Of a stretch of 64,000 nt of DNA, positions 18,153 to 28,417 are shown piece after piece. A program made the translations under genes and the position numbers. Position 1 is the stretch's first letter. Each line of letters begins with the position of its first letter. The DNA is from Thermomicrobiales bacterium (lineage in GTDB: Bacteria > Chloroflexota > Chloroflexia > Thermomicrobiales > UBA6265): assembly GCA_023957115.1 (NCBI GenBank), contig JAMLHN010000004.1, positions 21,551 to 85,550 on the forward strand, read 5' to 3'. The notes under the pieces were generated by a model. That model did not search any database. It was not told the DNA's origin and worked only from the letters and a program-made list of their open reading frames with translations.

Positions 18153-19391
18153 ATGGTATCCGTACAACGTACCTGGAGACAACGGCTGAGAGACTGGGCA
18201 ATTGTCATTGGTATCATGACGCTCGTTCTCCTCTTTTCCGTCTACGTCTGGTTCAACGACGAAGCCAATCCTGTCCAGCCTGGAGCGTTCTACACGCCGC
18301 CCGATCCGCTTCCGGCCGGTGTTGCTGGAGAGGTTCTCCGTTCGGAAAAGCTCACCCGCGATCTTCCCGAGCATGCCGAAGCGTGGCGGGTGCTCTATCT
18401 CTCGACGGATATGAACGATCGGCCGATTGCAGTCAGTGGGATCGTGATCACTCCCACTGAGGCAGTCGATACGCCACGCCGGATTTTGGCGCTGGCCCAT
18501 GGCACCCAGGGGATCTATCCCGCCTGCGCGACCAGCCAACTCCCGGACGCGCTCTCCCATATCGACGGATTGCAAACGATGATCGACCAAGGGTTCGTGG
18601 TCGCCATCACCGACTATCCCGGTCTCGGCACCCCGGGGGTGCATCCCTACCTGATTGGCAAATCGGAAGCTCAGGCCGTGCTCGATTCAGTACGTGCCGC
18701 GCAGAACCTCGTCCCCGATGCTGGATCCGAGTTCGCGATCATCGGGGTCTCCCAGGGCGGGCATTCGGCAATGTTCTCAGCGCAGCTGGTATCGACCTAC
18801 GCGCCCGAGCTGACCTTGACGGGAACCGTGACCCAAGCTGGTGCCTTCGATCTGGCCGGTATTCTGCAAGCGCGGATGGACGATCGGGTAGGCGGCATTC
18901 TGCTCCCGTTCGTTTTCTATGGCTGGGCCAGCAACTACCCCGATATCGATATGGACACGGCGGTCGTACCGGAGTATCAGGAGCGAGTGGAGCAGCTCGC
19001 CCACACCTGCACCAGCACGCCCCTCGCCTATCTGAAAGTACGGGGTATTCCAGTTCCGGCTGAGTTCCTGGCCATCGATCCTCTGACCACTGAGCCGTGG
19101 ATGAGCATACTCGCCGAAAATACTCCCCACAGCCCGGTCGATACACCGCTCCTGCTGGTGCATGGAACCGCCGACTCGGTGATTCCGTTCCAGGGGTCGG
19201 TCGACGAAGCCGCCCAACGATGCGCCAATGGAGAGGACGTCACCTTTCTTCAGTACCCCGGCGTCGAGCATGCGGCCGCCAAGGAGTCGTTCCTGACGGC
19301 CCTTGGTTGGATCGAGGATCGGTTCGACGGCAAGCCATCGACGTCCAATTGCGCCAACCGTCCGCCGCCAGGGCTGGCAACGGCGGCATAG
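18153..19391 (+). CDS. secreted/membrane-anchored lipase-family alpha/beta hydrolase (LIP-like)
   Basis: TM anchor WAIVIGIMTLVLLFSVYVW, nucleophile elbow GVSQGG, C-terminal LLVHGTADSVIP. Confidence 0.7.
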   Translation: MVSVQRTWRQRLRDWAIVIGIMTLVLLFSVYVWFNDEANPVQPGAFYTPPDPLPAGVAGEVLRSEKLTRDLPEHAEAWRVLYLSTDMNDRPIAVSGIVITPTEAVDTPRRILALAHGTQGIYPACATSQLPDALSHIDGLQTMIDQGFVVAITDYPGLGTPGVHPYLIGKSEAQAVLDSVRAAQNLVPDAGSEFAIIGVSQGGHSAMFSAQLVSTYAPELTLTGTVTQAGAFDLAGILQARMDDRVGGILLPFVFYGWASNYPDIDMDTAVVPEYQERVEQLAHTCTSTPLAYLKVRGIPVPAEFLAIDPLTTEPWMSILAENTPHSPVDTPLLLVHGTADSVIPFQGSVDEAAQRCANGEDVTFLQYPGVEHAAAKESFLTALGWIEDRFDGKPSTSNCANRPPPGLATAA

Positions 19392-19398
19392 GATCGGA

Positions 19399-19426
19399 TC
19401 CTGAGTCCTGAGTCCTGAGTCCTGAG
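19399..19426. repeat. (TCCTGAG)x4 heptamer array
   Basis: Perfect 4 units, 8 nt after the lipase stop; same unit as 51417-51500. Confidence 0.9.
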
Positions 19427-19595
19427 CAGGATGCGGTCCTGGGCAGGAACGATTGCTGGCGCACTCCGCAGCCATTGTGGTTCGAGATCGTGGGTTGGTG
19501 AATGACGCTGAACCGGCGCGATCTTGTGGCTCGGGAAGGACTACACTTAGGGTGACACGAGCGTGTCCGAGTACGCTCGTTGCACGGTAGGTAGC

Positions 19596-20021
19596 ATGTC
19601 CACGGTCATTCGGCTGATCACACTGCTGACCATCGCCGCCGCCGGGTTCGCGATGCCGATGTCGTGCGCCCAAACGCCAGTAGCCGCAGCGAACACGGTG
19701 GTCGAAATTCCATATGCTCCGTCTTTGGAGACGCGTACCGACACTGATACGGGTGCGCTTCCCACCGAAGCCCAGACGACCGAATCGTTGACCCAGCAGC
19801 TGCTCGACAGGCTCCCGCTCGACTGCGGGGACGAGGTCACCCCAAGCGCCAGCGAGCATCTTGGCACGGTCGATACCCAACCCTTCGTCCCCGGATTCCT
19901 CGTTTCCACCACCGAGGTGAGCGACGCCGACCGGGCAGACATCGCTCCACCTCCGGTTCTGGCGCCGGTCGAGAGCCGCGCCGGACCACCTGACGCACCT
20001 CCGCCCAAATCCATCAGCTGA
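19596..20021 (+). CDS. secreted acidic/Pro-rich hypothetical protein
   Basis: Signal peptide MSTVIRLITLLTIAAAGFAMPMSCAQ; no motif recognised. Confidence 0.5.
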   Translation: MSTVIRLITLLTIAAAGFAMPMSCAQTPVAAANTVVEIPYAPSLETRTDTDTGALPTEAQTTESLTQQLLDRLPLDCGDEVTPSASEHLGTVDTQPFVPGFLVSTTEVSDADRADIAPPPVLAPVESRAGPPDAPPPKSIS

Positions 20022-20133
20022 TCGCATGGCATCCGAATGGCTCGTGCCGTTCGATGTTGTCACGCGATCGAGACGAATCACCGTTCCACCGGGAACGGTC
20101 TCGTAACATTCGCACGCTGGTGGAAGGCATCCC

Positions 20134-20856
20134 ATGGCATCGAAGAACGACAAACGAAAAACACGCGCGCAGGTGCGCGCCGAAGCCGAACGCGCCCGCA
20201 AACGTCGTCTGGCGCTTATCGGGGGCGCGGTGGCACTGGCCCTGATCGTGGCCGGAGGCTTGATCTGGACCAATCGAGATTCCAGCAATCTCCCCTCCCT
20301 GCAGGTGGCCGAGGCAGCCGCGTTCGAGGGTATTCCAACTGACGGCCGAGTCATCGGCAATCCCGATGCACCGTTGCATCTGATCGAATACGGTGACTAC
20401 CAGTGTCCAGCATGTGCTGTGTTCGGCACGCAAGTTTTTCCGGAATTGCTTTCGGACTATATCGCGCAAGGAAAGGTCAGTTTCGAGTTCCGCGATCTGG
20501 CGTTCCTCGGCGACGAATCCGTGACCGCCGCGGAAGCGGCCGCTTGCGCCATCGAGCAGGGTGACTTCTGGCTCTATCATGAGACGATCTATCTCAACCA
20601 CTACGGCGAGAATCTTGGCGGTCTGAGCAAATCACGCCTGCTGGAGATGGCCGAGCTTTCCGGACTGGACAAGGACGCGATGAAGAGCTGTCTCGATTCC
20701 GGAGCGACCTCGAGCCAGGTTCAGGAGATGCGCCAGGAAGCTACGCAGCTTGGGCTCAACAGCACGCCGTCGTTCGTGCTGAACGGCGAAGTCATTTCCT
20801 GGCAAGGTTGGGACGCACTGAAGCAGACTCTCGATGCAGCGCTTGCAGACAACTAG
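20134..20856 (+). CDS. DsbA-family thiol:disulfide oxidoreductase, membrane-anchored
   Basis: TM anchor then YGDYQCPACAVF (CxxC). Confidence 0.85.
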   Translation: MASKNDKRKTRAQVRAEAERARKRRLALIGGAVALALIVAGGLIWTNRDSSNLPSLQVAEAAAFEGIPTDGRVIGNPDAPLHLIEYGDYQCPACAVFGTQVFPELLSDYIAQGKVSFEFRDLAFLGDESVTAAEAAACAIEQGDFWLYHETIYLNHYGENLGGLSKSRLLEMAELSGLDKDAMKSCLDSGATSSQVQEMRQEATQLGLNSTPSFVLNGEVISWQGWDALKQTLDAALADN

Positions 20857-21310
20857 CCGGTTGACCGCGATCTCGCTGGGGCTTGCCCTGGCCGGGATCG
20901 CGGTTTCCGCCTACCTGACCCTGGTTCATTATCGGGACGATCTGCTCGTCTGCGCCGTCAGCGGCTGCCATACGGTGCAAAAAAGTCCCTATGCGGAGCT
21001 GGCCGGAATTCCGGTCGCGGCCCTTGGTTTGGGCATGTTTGCGCTGATCGTGTTACTCGGAGCGCTTCGACGGGCACGGCCGGATCTGTCGGACAATCTG
21101 ACCCTGGCGATCTTTGCGATTGTCCTGGCGGGCTCGGTGTTCGCGATCTATCTGACGTGGCTGGAGCTCTTCGTGATCGACGCCATCTGTCAATGGTGCG
21201 TCTTGACGGCGTTGTTGATCTGGGCATCGACGATCGTCGAGGGAACGTTGGCCTGGCGTGCCCTCAAGCCGCCCGATCTCGATGACTACGAGGATGAGGT
21301 TGCCACCTGA
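20834..21310 (+). CDS. vitamin K epoxide reductase (VKOR) family protein
   Basis: 4 TM, loop Cys pair (CAVSGC) and CQWC active site. ATG 20834 overlaps dsbA by 23 nt; TTG 20860 is an alternative start. Confidence 0.8.
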   Translation: MQRLQTTSRLTAISLGLALAGIAVSAYLTLVHYRDDLLVCAVSGCHTVQKSPYAELAGIPVAALGLGMFALIVLLGALRRARPDLSDNLTLAIFAIVLAGSVFAIYLTWLELFVIDAICQWCVLTALLIWASTIVEGTLAWRALKPPDLDDYEDEVAT

Positions 21311-21390
21311 CGACTTCGGCCGGCGAGTCGCACCCACCGTAGCATTCCTTCGGGACACCCGGACGTTCCTTACCGGGAGGAGCAGGAATC

Positions 21391-21636
21391 ATGGCAATCG
21401 AAAAGCGCGACGATGTCAATCCGGACCGTGGAGAGCACGAGTACGGCGATGTGGCCTTTGCGGATCCGACTAACAACAAGTATCCAATCGATACCGAGGA
21501 GCATGTACGCGCGGCATGGAGCTATATCCACATGCCCCGGAACGCGAGCGAATACGACGCCAAGGATCTGGAGACGATCAAGAACCGGATTCGCGAGGCC
21601 GCCGAGCGGTATGGTATCGAGCTGAAGGCGGACTGA
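21391..21636 (+). CDS. small conserved hypothetical protein (81 aa)
   Basis: GGGAGGAG RBS. The KYPIDTEEHVRAAWSYI motif resembles small proteins seen in actinobacteria and phages (recollection only). Confidence 0.6.
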   Translation: MAIEKRDDVNPDRGEHEYGDVAFADPTNNKYPIDTEEHVRAAWSYIHMPRNASEYDAKDLETIKNRIREAAERYGIELKAD

Positions 21637-21765
21637 TACAGAATCCGGTGAACAATTCGGGACCGGTCACCGGCGCCCTGTATCGATCCCACAGGTAACC
21701 GAAGTTACGCGGAAACCCGGGGCACACCCGACCGATCGCGACGATGAAGGGCTCACTGCGGCGAG

Positions 21766-21794
21766 GAGATTCTTCGATTTCGCTCAGAGTGACG
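21766..21794 (+). repeat. dispersed motif copy GAGATTCTTCGATTTCGCTCAGAGTGACG
   Basis: Overlaps the last codons of the opposite-strand M81 gene; pentamers ATTCT/AGAGT (G-U compatible on + strand). Confidence 0.65.
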
Positions 21795-23343
21795 GGGGCG
21801 CGTAGGCGATTGTCATCAGGTCCTCGATATCGGCGCCTTCGAATTGGTTGAGCGGGTAGGACTGCGCCGGGTCCCGCTTCCTCCACGCGTAGTCTCCCGC
21901 GGTGCTGCCCCAACCTGGTCCGTCCAGATCGATGAACCCCGCCGCGCCGGTATAGTGGAAGCGCTGCTGGTTGACTGATTTGGTCGACACGATGCGATAG
22001 TCGTACGGTTCGATCCCAACCGATCGATAGACCGTTCCTTCGGTTGACATGACCGGCACCGAGGTCACCACGACTGTGACGGCGGGCTCGATTCGAACGA
22101 CCGCTGTCGGTCCCATGGAGCGATTGCTGACTTCCAGATGCCCCGGCATCGGTTCCCGGCTCTTCTGGATCGAACCGTCCGACAGGGTGACGACCGTGGC
22201 ATCGACCTCGATTGGGCGGTACCGATCTCCGCCCCAAGTCCCCCCGAGTGGTCCCGAGACTCTTCCGCCGATACCAGCCTGCAGTGCACGTTCCACGAAG
22301 GTCGGGTCGGTCAGGATATGGCAGGTCGGGTCCGTTACCCGGTTCTCCAGCAGCGTCCCGATAAGCGCCGGGCAATCGCCGGGGAAACCACCAGTCACGG
22401 CATCATTGGGATCGGCGATCACCACCGTCCCCGGCGGCATCGAACGGACGAGTGCCAGCGCATCTGGCAACGGCGTCAACGGACGGCTCTCGGTGGTGGT
22501 TCGGTCGCGCTGGTTCCACGCTTGCGTTATCAGCCGCTTCCCGATCGCAACAGCCGCATCGCGATCCCCATTTGTCACGACAACGGCGCTCAAGACACGA
22601 AAATCGGGAACGTCCAGATACGGATGCGTAGGCATGATCGAGCAGCAAAGCGCCGCGCCGTCCGATTCCAGGCTTACGCCCTCCTCGATCAGCTCCTCCA
22701 TGAGCGGCAGCGATCTGAGATTCATTGGCGCCGATACGGTTGCCACAACCGGCGAGATCTCACCGGTCGCCGCCCCGATTGCAATGCGCGCGGCTTGCTG
22801 CCCACGCTCGACAAAGTCGTGGTGGGGATACGTCTTGTAAGCGACCAGCGCATCCGCCGCCTGGGTCATCTGCGCCGTCGGATTTCCATGCATGTCGAGC
22901 GTTGCGGCAATCGGTACGCGTGGGCCGACCTGGGCCCGAATACTCGCCAGGAGCGTCCCACAACAGTCGTCGTCGTCTTCGGCAAGCGTCGAGCCATGCA
23001 ACGAGATGATGACGGCATCGACGGGCTCCTGGGCTCGGAGCGCCTCGATCATACGATCGTGGAGCTGATGCCAAAGCCCGGATTCGAGCGGGCCGCCACA
23101 CGATGCCTGGGCGGCGAGCAGGGGAACGATCTCGATAGCCGGGTCTTGCCCAAGGATGTCGAGAATCCCACCCAATTCGGTGCGGGTTCCCGTACCGAAT
23201 TCCAGGACGTCCTGACCTTCGACCAACGCGCCAGCTTCGAACATCGAACGATTCGTCAAGAGCGGGGACATGGAGCTGGACTCGGTCCAAAATCTCCCAA
23301 CCGCTATTCGAAGCGGCTTCGGCGTTGCGGTCTCACTGCCCAT
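21784..23343 (-). CDS. M81 family metallopeptidase (MlrC-like)
   Basis: N-terminus LRIAVGRFWTESSSMSP and overall 519-aa two-domain layout typical of MlrC; start at M21 of the ORF. Confidence 0.8.
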   Translation of the reverse strand: MGSETATPKPLRIAVGRFWTESSSMSPLLTNRSMFEAGALVEGQDVLEFGTGTRTELGGILDILGQDPAIEIVPLLAAQASCGGPLESGLWHQLHDRMIEALRAQEPVDAVIISLHGSTLAEDDDDCCGTLLASIRAQVGPRVPIAATLDMHGNPTAQMTQAADALVAYKTYPHHDFVERGQQAARIAIGAATGEISPVVATVSAPMNLRSLPLMEELIEEGVSLESDGAALCCSIMPTHPYLDVPDFRVLSAVVVTNGDRDAAVAIGKRLITQAWNQRDRTTTESRPLTPLPDALALVRSMPPGTVVIADPNDAVTGGFPGDCPALIGTLLENRVTDPTCHILTDPTFVERALQAGIGGRVSGPLGGTWGGDRYRPIEVDATVVTLSDGSIQKSREPMPGHLEVSNRSMGPTAVVRIEPAVTVVVTSVPVMSTEGTVYRSVGIEPYDYRIVSTKSVNQQRFHYTGAAGFIDLDGPGWGSTAGDYAWRKRDPAQSYPLNQFEGADIEDLMTIAYAPPSL

Positions 23344-24601
23344 ATTTGATCTCGTCTCTCTTTCGTTCGATCTTGCCCGCACGCGCCAGCTCGACCACCT
23401 CATTCAGGTCACTGAGATATTGCTCGATGAAGGGCGCATGTCCCGGAGAGAGCATCAGGTGAATCGACGGGGGGATGCGCTCCATATAGACGAACCAACC
23501 GCGATCCTGCATGGCGTCCCCAATTGCGACCATATCGAGCGTATGGGAACCATAGGCCACAAGGCTCATATCGGGCTCCCCGACGACATAGAGATCCGGA
23601 ATCGATTCGATCTCCTCGAGCAAGTGCTCGACAAAGTCCATCGTCTGTTTGGTGCGATCCAGATAGCCATCCTCGCCGAGATAGTTCATGACCGCCCAGG
23701 CGGCGGCGATTGCACCGCCGGGCCGAGTTCCGGTGAGGGTCGGCGTGCGGTACGATCCGCCCGGCCAGTCGGCAAAGTGGAATCCCATGTAGCTGCCGAT
23801 CTCGTCGTCACGACAGGTCAGGGTGGAGGCTCCCTTGGCGGTATACCCGAACTTGTGAAGATCGGCGGAAATGGTCGTAACCCCGGGATTCCTGAAATCG
23901 AATGGAATCCGGGAATATCCCAGCTTTTCGACGAAGGGCAGGAAGAACCCTCCAACGCAGGCGTCGACATGGAAACTGATGTCCCGGGCGCGGGCGAGCT
24001 CCGAGAGCTTCGGGATGGGGTCGATCATCGTGTAGACGTAGTTTGGGGCCGATCCGACGCAGAGAATCGTGTCGTCGGTAATCGCTGCTTCATACCGGTC
24101 GACATCGACCCGGTATCCCGCGCCAGTCGGCACCCGAATCGGTTCGATGTCGAAGTAGTAGCCGGCCTTATTGAAGGCCGGATGCGCGGTTTCCGGGAGC
24201 ACCATCGTTGGCGAGGTGATATGCGGTGAACGCTTCCGCGCACGCTCGCGCGCAATGAGCACCGCCAGCAGAATGCTTTCGGTGCCGCCGGAGGTGATCG
24301 CGCCAACGGCATGCTGGGCATTCAGCATGCCGGACACCATGTCGATCACGTCGGATTCGTACTTGCGCAGGCTGGGAAAGGCCGTTGGCGCAAGTCCATT
24401 GGTCGAGAACCCAGTCAGGTAGGCCTCTTTGGAAACCTGGGTGACATCCTCGCCCGCCATATAGACGAGCGCGGCAACCCGGCCAAGCTCCCATTCGACA
24501 TCGCCGGTCGACGCGTCATCCATCAGATCGCGAATTTGGTCCGCGGGTATCCCCTCCCTGGGCAACGTGAATCTTGACAGCGGTGACCCGAGATCTGGCA
24601 C
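23333..24601 (-). CDS. PLP-dependent group II decarboxylase / sphingosine-1-phosphate-lyase-like enzyme
   Basis: TSGGTESILLAV and SADLHKFGY (PLP Lys). GAGGAGGAAAGAC then GTG at 24601 is a far better start than ATG 24694. Confidence 0.8.
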   Translation of the reverse strand: MPDLGSPLSRFTLPREGIPADQIRDLMDDASTGDVEWELGRVAALVYMAGEDVTQVSKEAYLTGFSTNGLAPTAFPSLRKYESDVIDMVSGMLNAQHAVGAITSGGTESILLAVLIARERARKRSPHITSPTMVLPETAHPAFNKAGYYFDIEPIRVPTGAGYRVDVDRYEAAITDDTILCVGSAPNYVYTMIDPIPKLSELARARDISFHVDACVGGFFLPFVEKLGYSRIPFDFRNPGVTTISADLHKFGYTAKGASTLTCRDDEIGSYMGFHFADWPGGSYRTPTLTGTRPGGAIAAAWAVMNYLGEDGYLDRTKQTMDFVEHLLEEIESIPDLYVVGEPDMSLVAYGSHTLDMVAIGDAMQDRGWFVYMERIPPSIHLMLSPGHAPFIEQYLSDLNEVVELARAGKIERKRDEIKYGQ

Positions 24602-24665
24602 GTCTTTCCTCCTCGACGGGCCCGGCCAGGGACCCGTTGTGCACTGGTCGTCCTGCCGCGTTGCC

Positions 24666-24694
24666 TTGACATCCAAAGGAAACGTCACTAGCAT
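24666..24694 (+). promoter_or_regulatory. candidate promoter TTGACA-17-TAGCAT for the IclR gene, with flanking AACGTC..GACGTT inverted repeat
   Basis: Hexamers at 24666-24671 and 24689-24694; repeat halves at 24681-24686 and 24703-24708. Confidence 0.4.
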
Positions 24695-24803
24695 GAAGTA
24701 ACGACGTTACCTCTAGCGACAGATGCTGCAGTTTAGTGACTCCGTCGAAAGGCTGTCAACGACAATTCACGGGATTGTCGGCATACCTGGAGGACGGTGA
24801 GAA

Positions 24804-25652
24804 ATGCGCAACGTGGAGAGCAGTACGATGCCCGCTCAGGAGATTGGGTCCGAGACGGTTCCGCGCTCCGGGGGCACGAGCGCTGCCGGTATGGCGGCGG
24901 TCGACCGAGCGTTGCTCGTCCTGGAGTTTCTGGCAGGAAGTCCACATGGACTTTCGGTAACCGAGCTCAGCTCCCGGCTTGGCATCAACAAGGGCTTGAC
25001 CCATCGGATTCTGACGTCGCTGGCCGCCCGAGGATATATTTCGAAAGAGGAGACGACCCAGCACTACCAGATCACCACCCGTTTGATCGCGCTGGCATTT
25101 CGCCATCTGCGGGTTCTGGATATGTACGATGTGCTGCTCCCAATCCTGCGCAAGCTGGCGAGAGAGACCGGAGAGCTTGCCGAGCTGAACTGGGTGCAGG
25201 TCGACCGGCTCGTCACGGTCGCCAAAGCCGACAGTCCGCGCCAGCTCAGAATGGTCAGCTATCTCGGCGAAGAGCAAATGCTGCATGCAACCGCGGCCGG
25301 CAAGGTGTGGCTGGCGAGTCTTCCCGAGGATGACGCCCTCCGCCGCGCAGTTGCCCTCGGAATGCCCCGGCAAACCGAGCGAACCATCACCACCGTGATC
25401 GATTTGCAGCGCGAGCTGGCGCTGGTCCGAGAACGTGGCTACGCGGTCAACTTCCAGGAATCCGGGCTCGATGTGACTGCCCTGGCCGCGCCCATTCGAT
25501 CGACTGAAGGCGACCGCCAGGTGGTGGGGACCGTTGGCATCGTCGCGCCGGCGTTTCGAGACGTCTCCGAGAACGAGGAAACGATTCAGATGGTGCTGAA
25601 TGCGGCACGGGAGATCGAGGAGGCGTGGCCATTTGTCAGTCTGGACGGCTGA
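24804..25652 (+). CDS. IclR-family transcriptional regulator
   Basis: AVDRALLVLEFLAGSPHGLSVTELSSRLGINKGLTHRIL (wHTH) plus an IclR effector domain. Confidence 0.9.
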   Translation: MRNVESSTMPAQEIGSETVPRSGGTSAAGMAAVDRALLVLEFLAGSPHGLSVTELSSRLGINKGLTHRILTSLAARGYISKEETTQHYQITTRLIALAFRHLRVLDMYDVLLPILRKLARETGELAELNWVQVDRLVTVAKADSPRQLRMVSYLGEEQMLHATAAGKVWLASLPEDDALRRAVALGMPRQTERTITTVIDLQRELALVRERGYAVNFQESGLDVTALAAPIRSTEGDRQVVGTVGIVAPAFRDVSENEETIQMVLNAAREIEEAWPFVSLDG

Positions 25653-25737
25653 CGCTCCGTGATGGGTTCTTTGTAGGAAAGCGATACGGCACGCAGCCGT
25701 ATCGCCAGGGTTCATTCGTTTCGGAAGGAGTCGCAGC

Positions 25738-27357
25738 ATGACCAGGAAATCCGCACCCCAGCACCGATTGACTCGACGACAGGCGCTGCAAGCAGGCGCC
25801 GGCATGGGCGCGGCCGGCGGTCTGCTGGCGCTCGATTCGTTGGGGGTGAGTGCATCGTCCGGATCAACTGGCGCGCACCTGGAAGCCCGCGCGATCCAGG
25901 ATGCGACCCCTCGTCCGGGCGGCAACCTTATAGCGGCGGGAACCGGCGAAATTCGGTTCGACCCCTATTTCAACTTCGTTCCGGCGCGCTTCGTCTACAG
26001 TCAGCTGTTCGGGGCACTATTCGACTATCGAGGCGAAGATCCTCTCATCCCACACCCGCAGCTTGCCGAAAGCTGGGAAGAGACTGAAACGGAGCTCGTC
26101 GTCACGCTCAAGGAGAACATCTTCTTCCAGAACGGTCGTGCGATCGTTGCTCAGGACGTGGTGGACAATATCGCACGCGCCAAGGATCCGGATATCGGGC
26201 ACTATCTTTTCGCCGTTTTGGACGCGTCCGTCGAAAGCGCCGAGGCCATCGACGATCGAACCGTTCGGATCGCCTATAAGTCGGTGCATCCGGTCAAGCT
26301 CGACGATCTCGCCGCGCTCTTCCTCATCCCGGCCGAGGCCATGGAAGATGTCGACACGGCGCCGGTCGGAAGCGGTCCGTTCGAGTTCGAGAGCTACGAC
26401 TCGGGCGATGCGCTGGTGGTGAAGCGATTCGACGAATATTGGGAGCCGAACCTGCCATATCTGGATTCGGTAACGATCAAGATCATTCCCGATCCGGCGG
26501 CGCGCATCGCAAATCTCCTCTCGGGCGATGTCGATGCGGTCGATGCGCTGGCTTCCTCGGATGTCGTCCGCCTGCAGGATGACGACCGCGTACAAATCGT
26601 GACGGTCCCCCCGGGTGGTGTTTGGTATGCCAACGTCCTCAACAGTGGCAAGCCACCCTTCGACAACAAACTGGTTCGGCAAGCGATCAACTACACCGTC
26701 GATCGCGAAAAGATCAATCAGCTGGCGTACTACAGCCTGTCTCCTGTCACCCAGACCCGCTACCTGCCCGATGTCTTCTGGTTCAACGAGGAGGCCGAGA
26801 ATCTCTATAGCTACGACCTCGACCGGGCACGCGAGCTGCTGGCCGAAGCGGGGATGCCCGATGGGTTCGAAACGATGATTGCCATCAGCGAGACGGTCTT
26901 GCCCGGTTCGCGCGCGATGGCCCAGGTTTGGCAGCAGGATCTGGCCGAGGTCGGCATCGAGCTCACCATCGAGGAGCGAGAGCAGGGTCCGTTCTACGAT
27001 GAGTACTTTGCGGGAAATTACGATATCCAGGCCTATGGGCTCGGTGACGGACGAATCGATCCCGCAACCTACCTGCTGAGTGGATCGCCGTATCGACCGA
27101 ATGACAACAAGGCCTTCATCGACGGCCAGCCGTTTTTCGACGAGTATGTGCAGCTCATTGCGGACGGCGCGAACTCGATCGACCCCGAGGTTCGCAAGCC
27201 AATTTACGATCGAATCCAGATGATCATCGCGGAAGAGGGTTGGGTGATCACGACGGCGTTCTGGCTGACATTTACCGGGCTGAGCTCCCGCGTGCAGGGC
27301 TATCGTCCGACGATTGCCGGCGGCCACTACTTCGGAGATGCCTGGCTCGCTGAGTAG
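25738..27357 (+). CDS. ABC transporter substrate-binding protein, family 5, Tat signal
   Basis: LTRRQALQAGAGMGAAGG twin-arginine leader; family-5 blocks (VRQAINYTVDRE). Confidence 0.9.
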   Translation: MTRKSAPQHRLTRRQALQAGAGMGAAGGLLALDSLGVSASSGSTGAHLEARAIQDATPRPGGNLIAAGTGEIRFDPYFNFVPARFVYSQLFGALFDYRGEDPLIPHPQLAESWEETETELVVTLKENIFFQNGRAIVAQDVVDNIARAKDPDIGHYLFAVLDASVESAEAIDDRTVRIAYKSVHPVKLDDLAALFLIPAEAMEDVDTAPVGSGPFEFESYDSGDALVVKRFDEYWEPNLPYLDSVTIKIIPDPAARIANLLSGDVDAVDALASSDVVRLQDDDRVQIVTVPPGGVWYANVLNSGKPPFDNKLVRQAINYTVDREKINQLAYYSLSPVTQTRYLPDVFWFNEEAENLYSYDLDRARELLAEAGMPDGFETMIAISETVLPGSRAMAQVWQQDLAEVGIELTIEEREQGPFYDEYFAGNYDIQAYGLGDGRIDPATYLLSGSPYRPNDNKAFIDGQPFFDEYVQLIADGANSIDPEVRKPIYDRIQMIIAEEGWVITTAFWLTFTGLSSRVQGYRPTIAGGHYFGDAWLAE

Positions 27358-27377
27358 CCACCACGACGTATCTGATT

Positions 27378-27420
27378 CCAAGGCGGATCGGCACTTCGAT
27401 GAGGCGTCGATCCGCCTTGG
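27378..27420 (+). other. perfect 13-bp stem hairpin between the SBP and permease genes
   Basis: CCAAGGCGGATCG / CGATCCGCCTTGG, 17-nt loop. Confidence 0.65.
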
Positions 27421-27454
27421 CCTCCGCGGAATTCGCCCACGGGGAGGGTGATCT

Positions 27455-28399
27455 ATGGGCTCCTATATCGTTGGACGGTTGCTTCAGTCCATTCCGGTGC
27501 TCTTTCTGACCAGCGTTGTCGTCTTCCTGATGATCCGGGCCATTCCCGGGGATCCCGCGTTGATTCTCGCCGGGCAAAGCGCCACCGAACAGCAAGTCGC
27601 GGCCTTACATCAGCGATTAGGGCTGGATGAGCCGGTCCTTCGACAGTACATCAATTGGGTGGGCCGATTGCTGCACGGGGATCTCGGAATGTCGTATGTG
27701 ACGAATCGTCCGGTATCGGAGCTGATCCTTTCGCGGATTCCGGCCACACTCCATCTGTCGATCGGGGCAATGCTCGTCATCACGCTTTTCGGGGTACCGA
27801 TCGGCATCCTGAGCGCGATCCGCCCGACCAGCATCTTCAGCAAGGTCGCCATCCTGGCGAACTCGCTGCTCATCGCGGTGCCAAGCTTTTGGCTGGGCAT
27901 TCTCCTGATCCTGCTCTTCGCCGTTTCGCTCCAATGGTTGCCAGCGTCCGGATACGTGCCGATCTGGGAAGACCCCGTCGATTCGATCGTGCATCTCATT
28001 CTGCCGTCGTTCACGCTCGGCGCCTATGGAACTGCCGTGATGATTCGCTTTCTCAATGCATCGATTCGCGAAACCATGGGCTCCGACCACATACGGACCG
28101 CCTATGCCAAGGGGCTGAATGAACGAGGCGTGGTCGAGCGGCATGTGTTGCGCATCTCCTTGCTCCCGGTCGTCACGATCATGGCCATTCAGTTTGGCCA
28201 GTTGTTGAGCGGAGCTGTTGTCACCGAGGCGATCTTCGGCTGGCCAGGTATCGGCCGATTGATCGTGGACTCGGTCGGGAACCGGGAGTACCAAATCCTG
28301 CAAAGCACAATGCTCATCTTTGTCTTCATGTTCATCGTGCTGAACATTCTGGCCGACGCCTGCTACGCATTGCTCGATCCACGCATTCGGTTGAGCTGA
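27455..28399 (+). CDS. ABC importer permease (DppB-like)
   Basis: MGSYIVGRLLQSIPVLFLTSVVVFLMIRAIPGDP typical N-terminus. Confidence 0.9.
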   Translation: MGSYIVGRLLQSIPVLFLTSVVVFLMIRAIPGDPALILAGQSATEQQVAALHQRLGLDEPVLRQYINWVGRLLHGDLGMSYVTNRPVSELILSRIPATLHLSIGAMLVITLFGVPIGILSAIRPTSIFSKVAILANSLLIAVPSFWLGILLILLFAVSLQWLPASGYVPIWEDPVDSIVHLILPSFTLGAYGTAVMIRFLNASIRETMGSDHIRTAYAKGLNERGVVERHVLRISLLPVVTIMAIQFGQLLSGAVVTEAIFGWPGIGRLIVDSVGNREYQILQSTMLIFVFMFIVLNILADACYALLDPRIRLS

Positions 28400-28417
28400 T
28401 CGCGAAACGAGGCGACG

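Noticed and set aside
18777-20360. 527-aa minus-strand ORF spanning the lipase 3' end, the intergenic repeat and the secreted-protein gene
   Set aside because: Arg/Gly/Pro-rich with no motifs. It is antisense to well-supported genes and crosses an intergenic tandem repeat. This is a typical shadow ORF of GC-rich DNA.
23344-23403. Upstream ATG 23403 for the M81 peptidase, and ATG 24694 for the decarboxylase
   Set aside because: The extensions lack RBS support. Internal starts (ATG 23343; GTG 24601 preceded by GAGGAGGAAAGAC) fit family N-termini better.
26017-27381. 454-aa minus-strand ORF antisense to the Tat-signal SBP
   Set aside because: Same reasoning: no motifs, and the + strand product is an obvious family-5 SBP.
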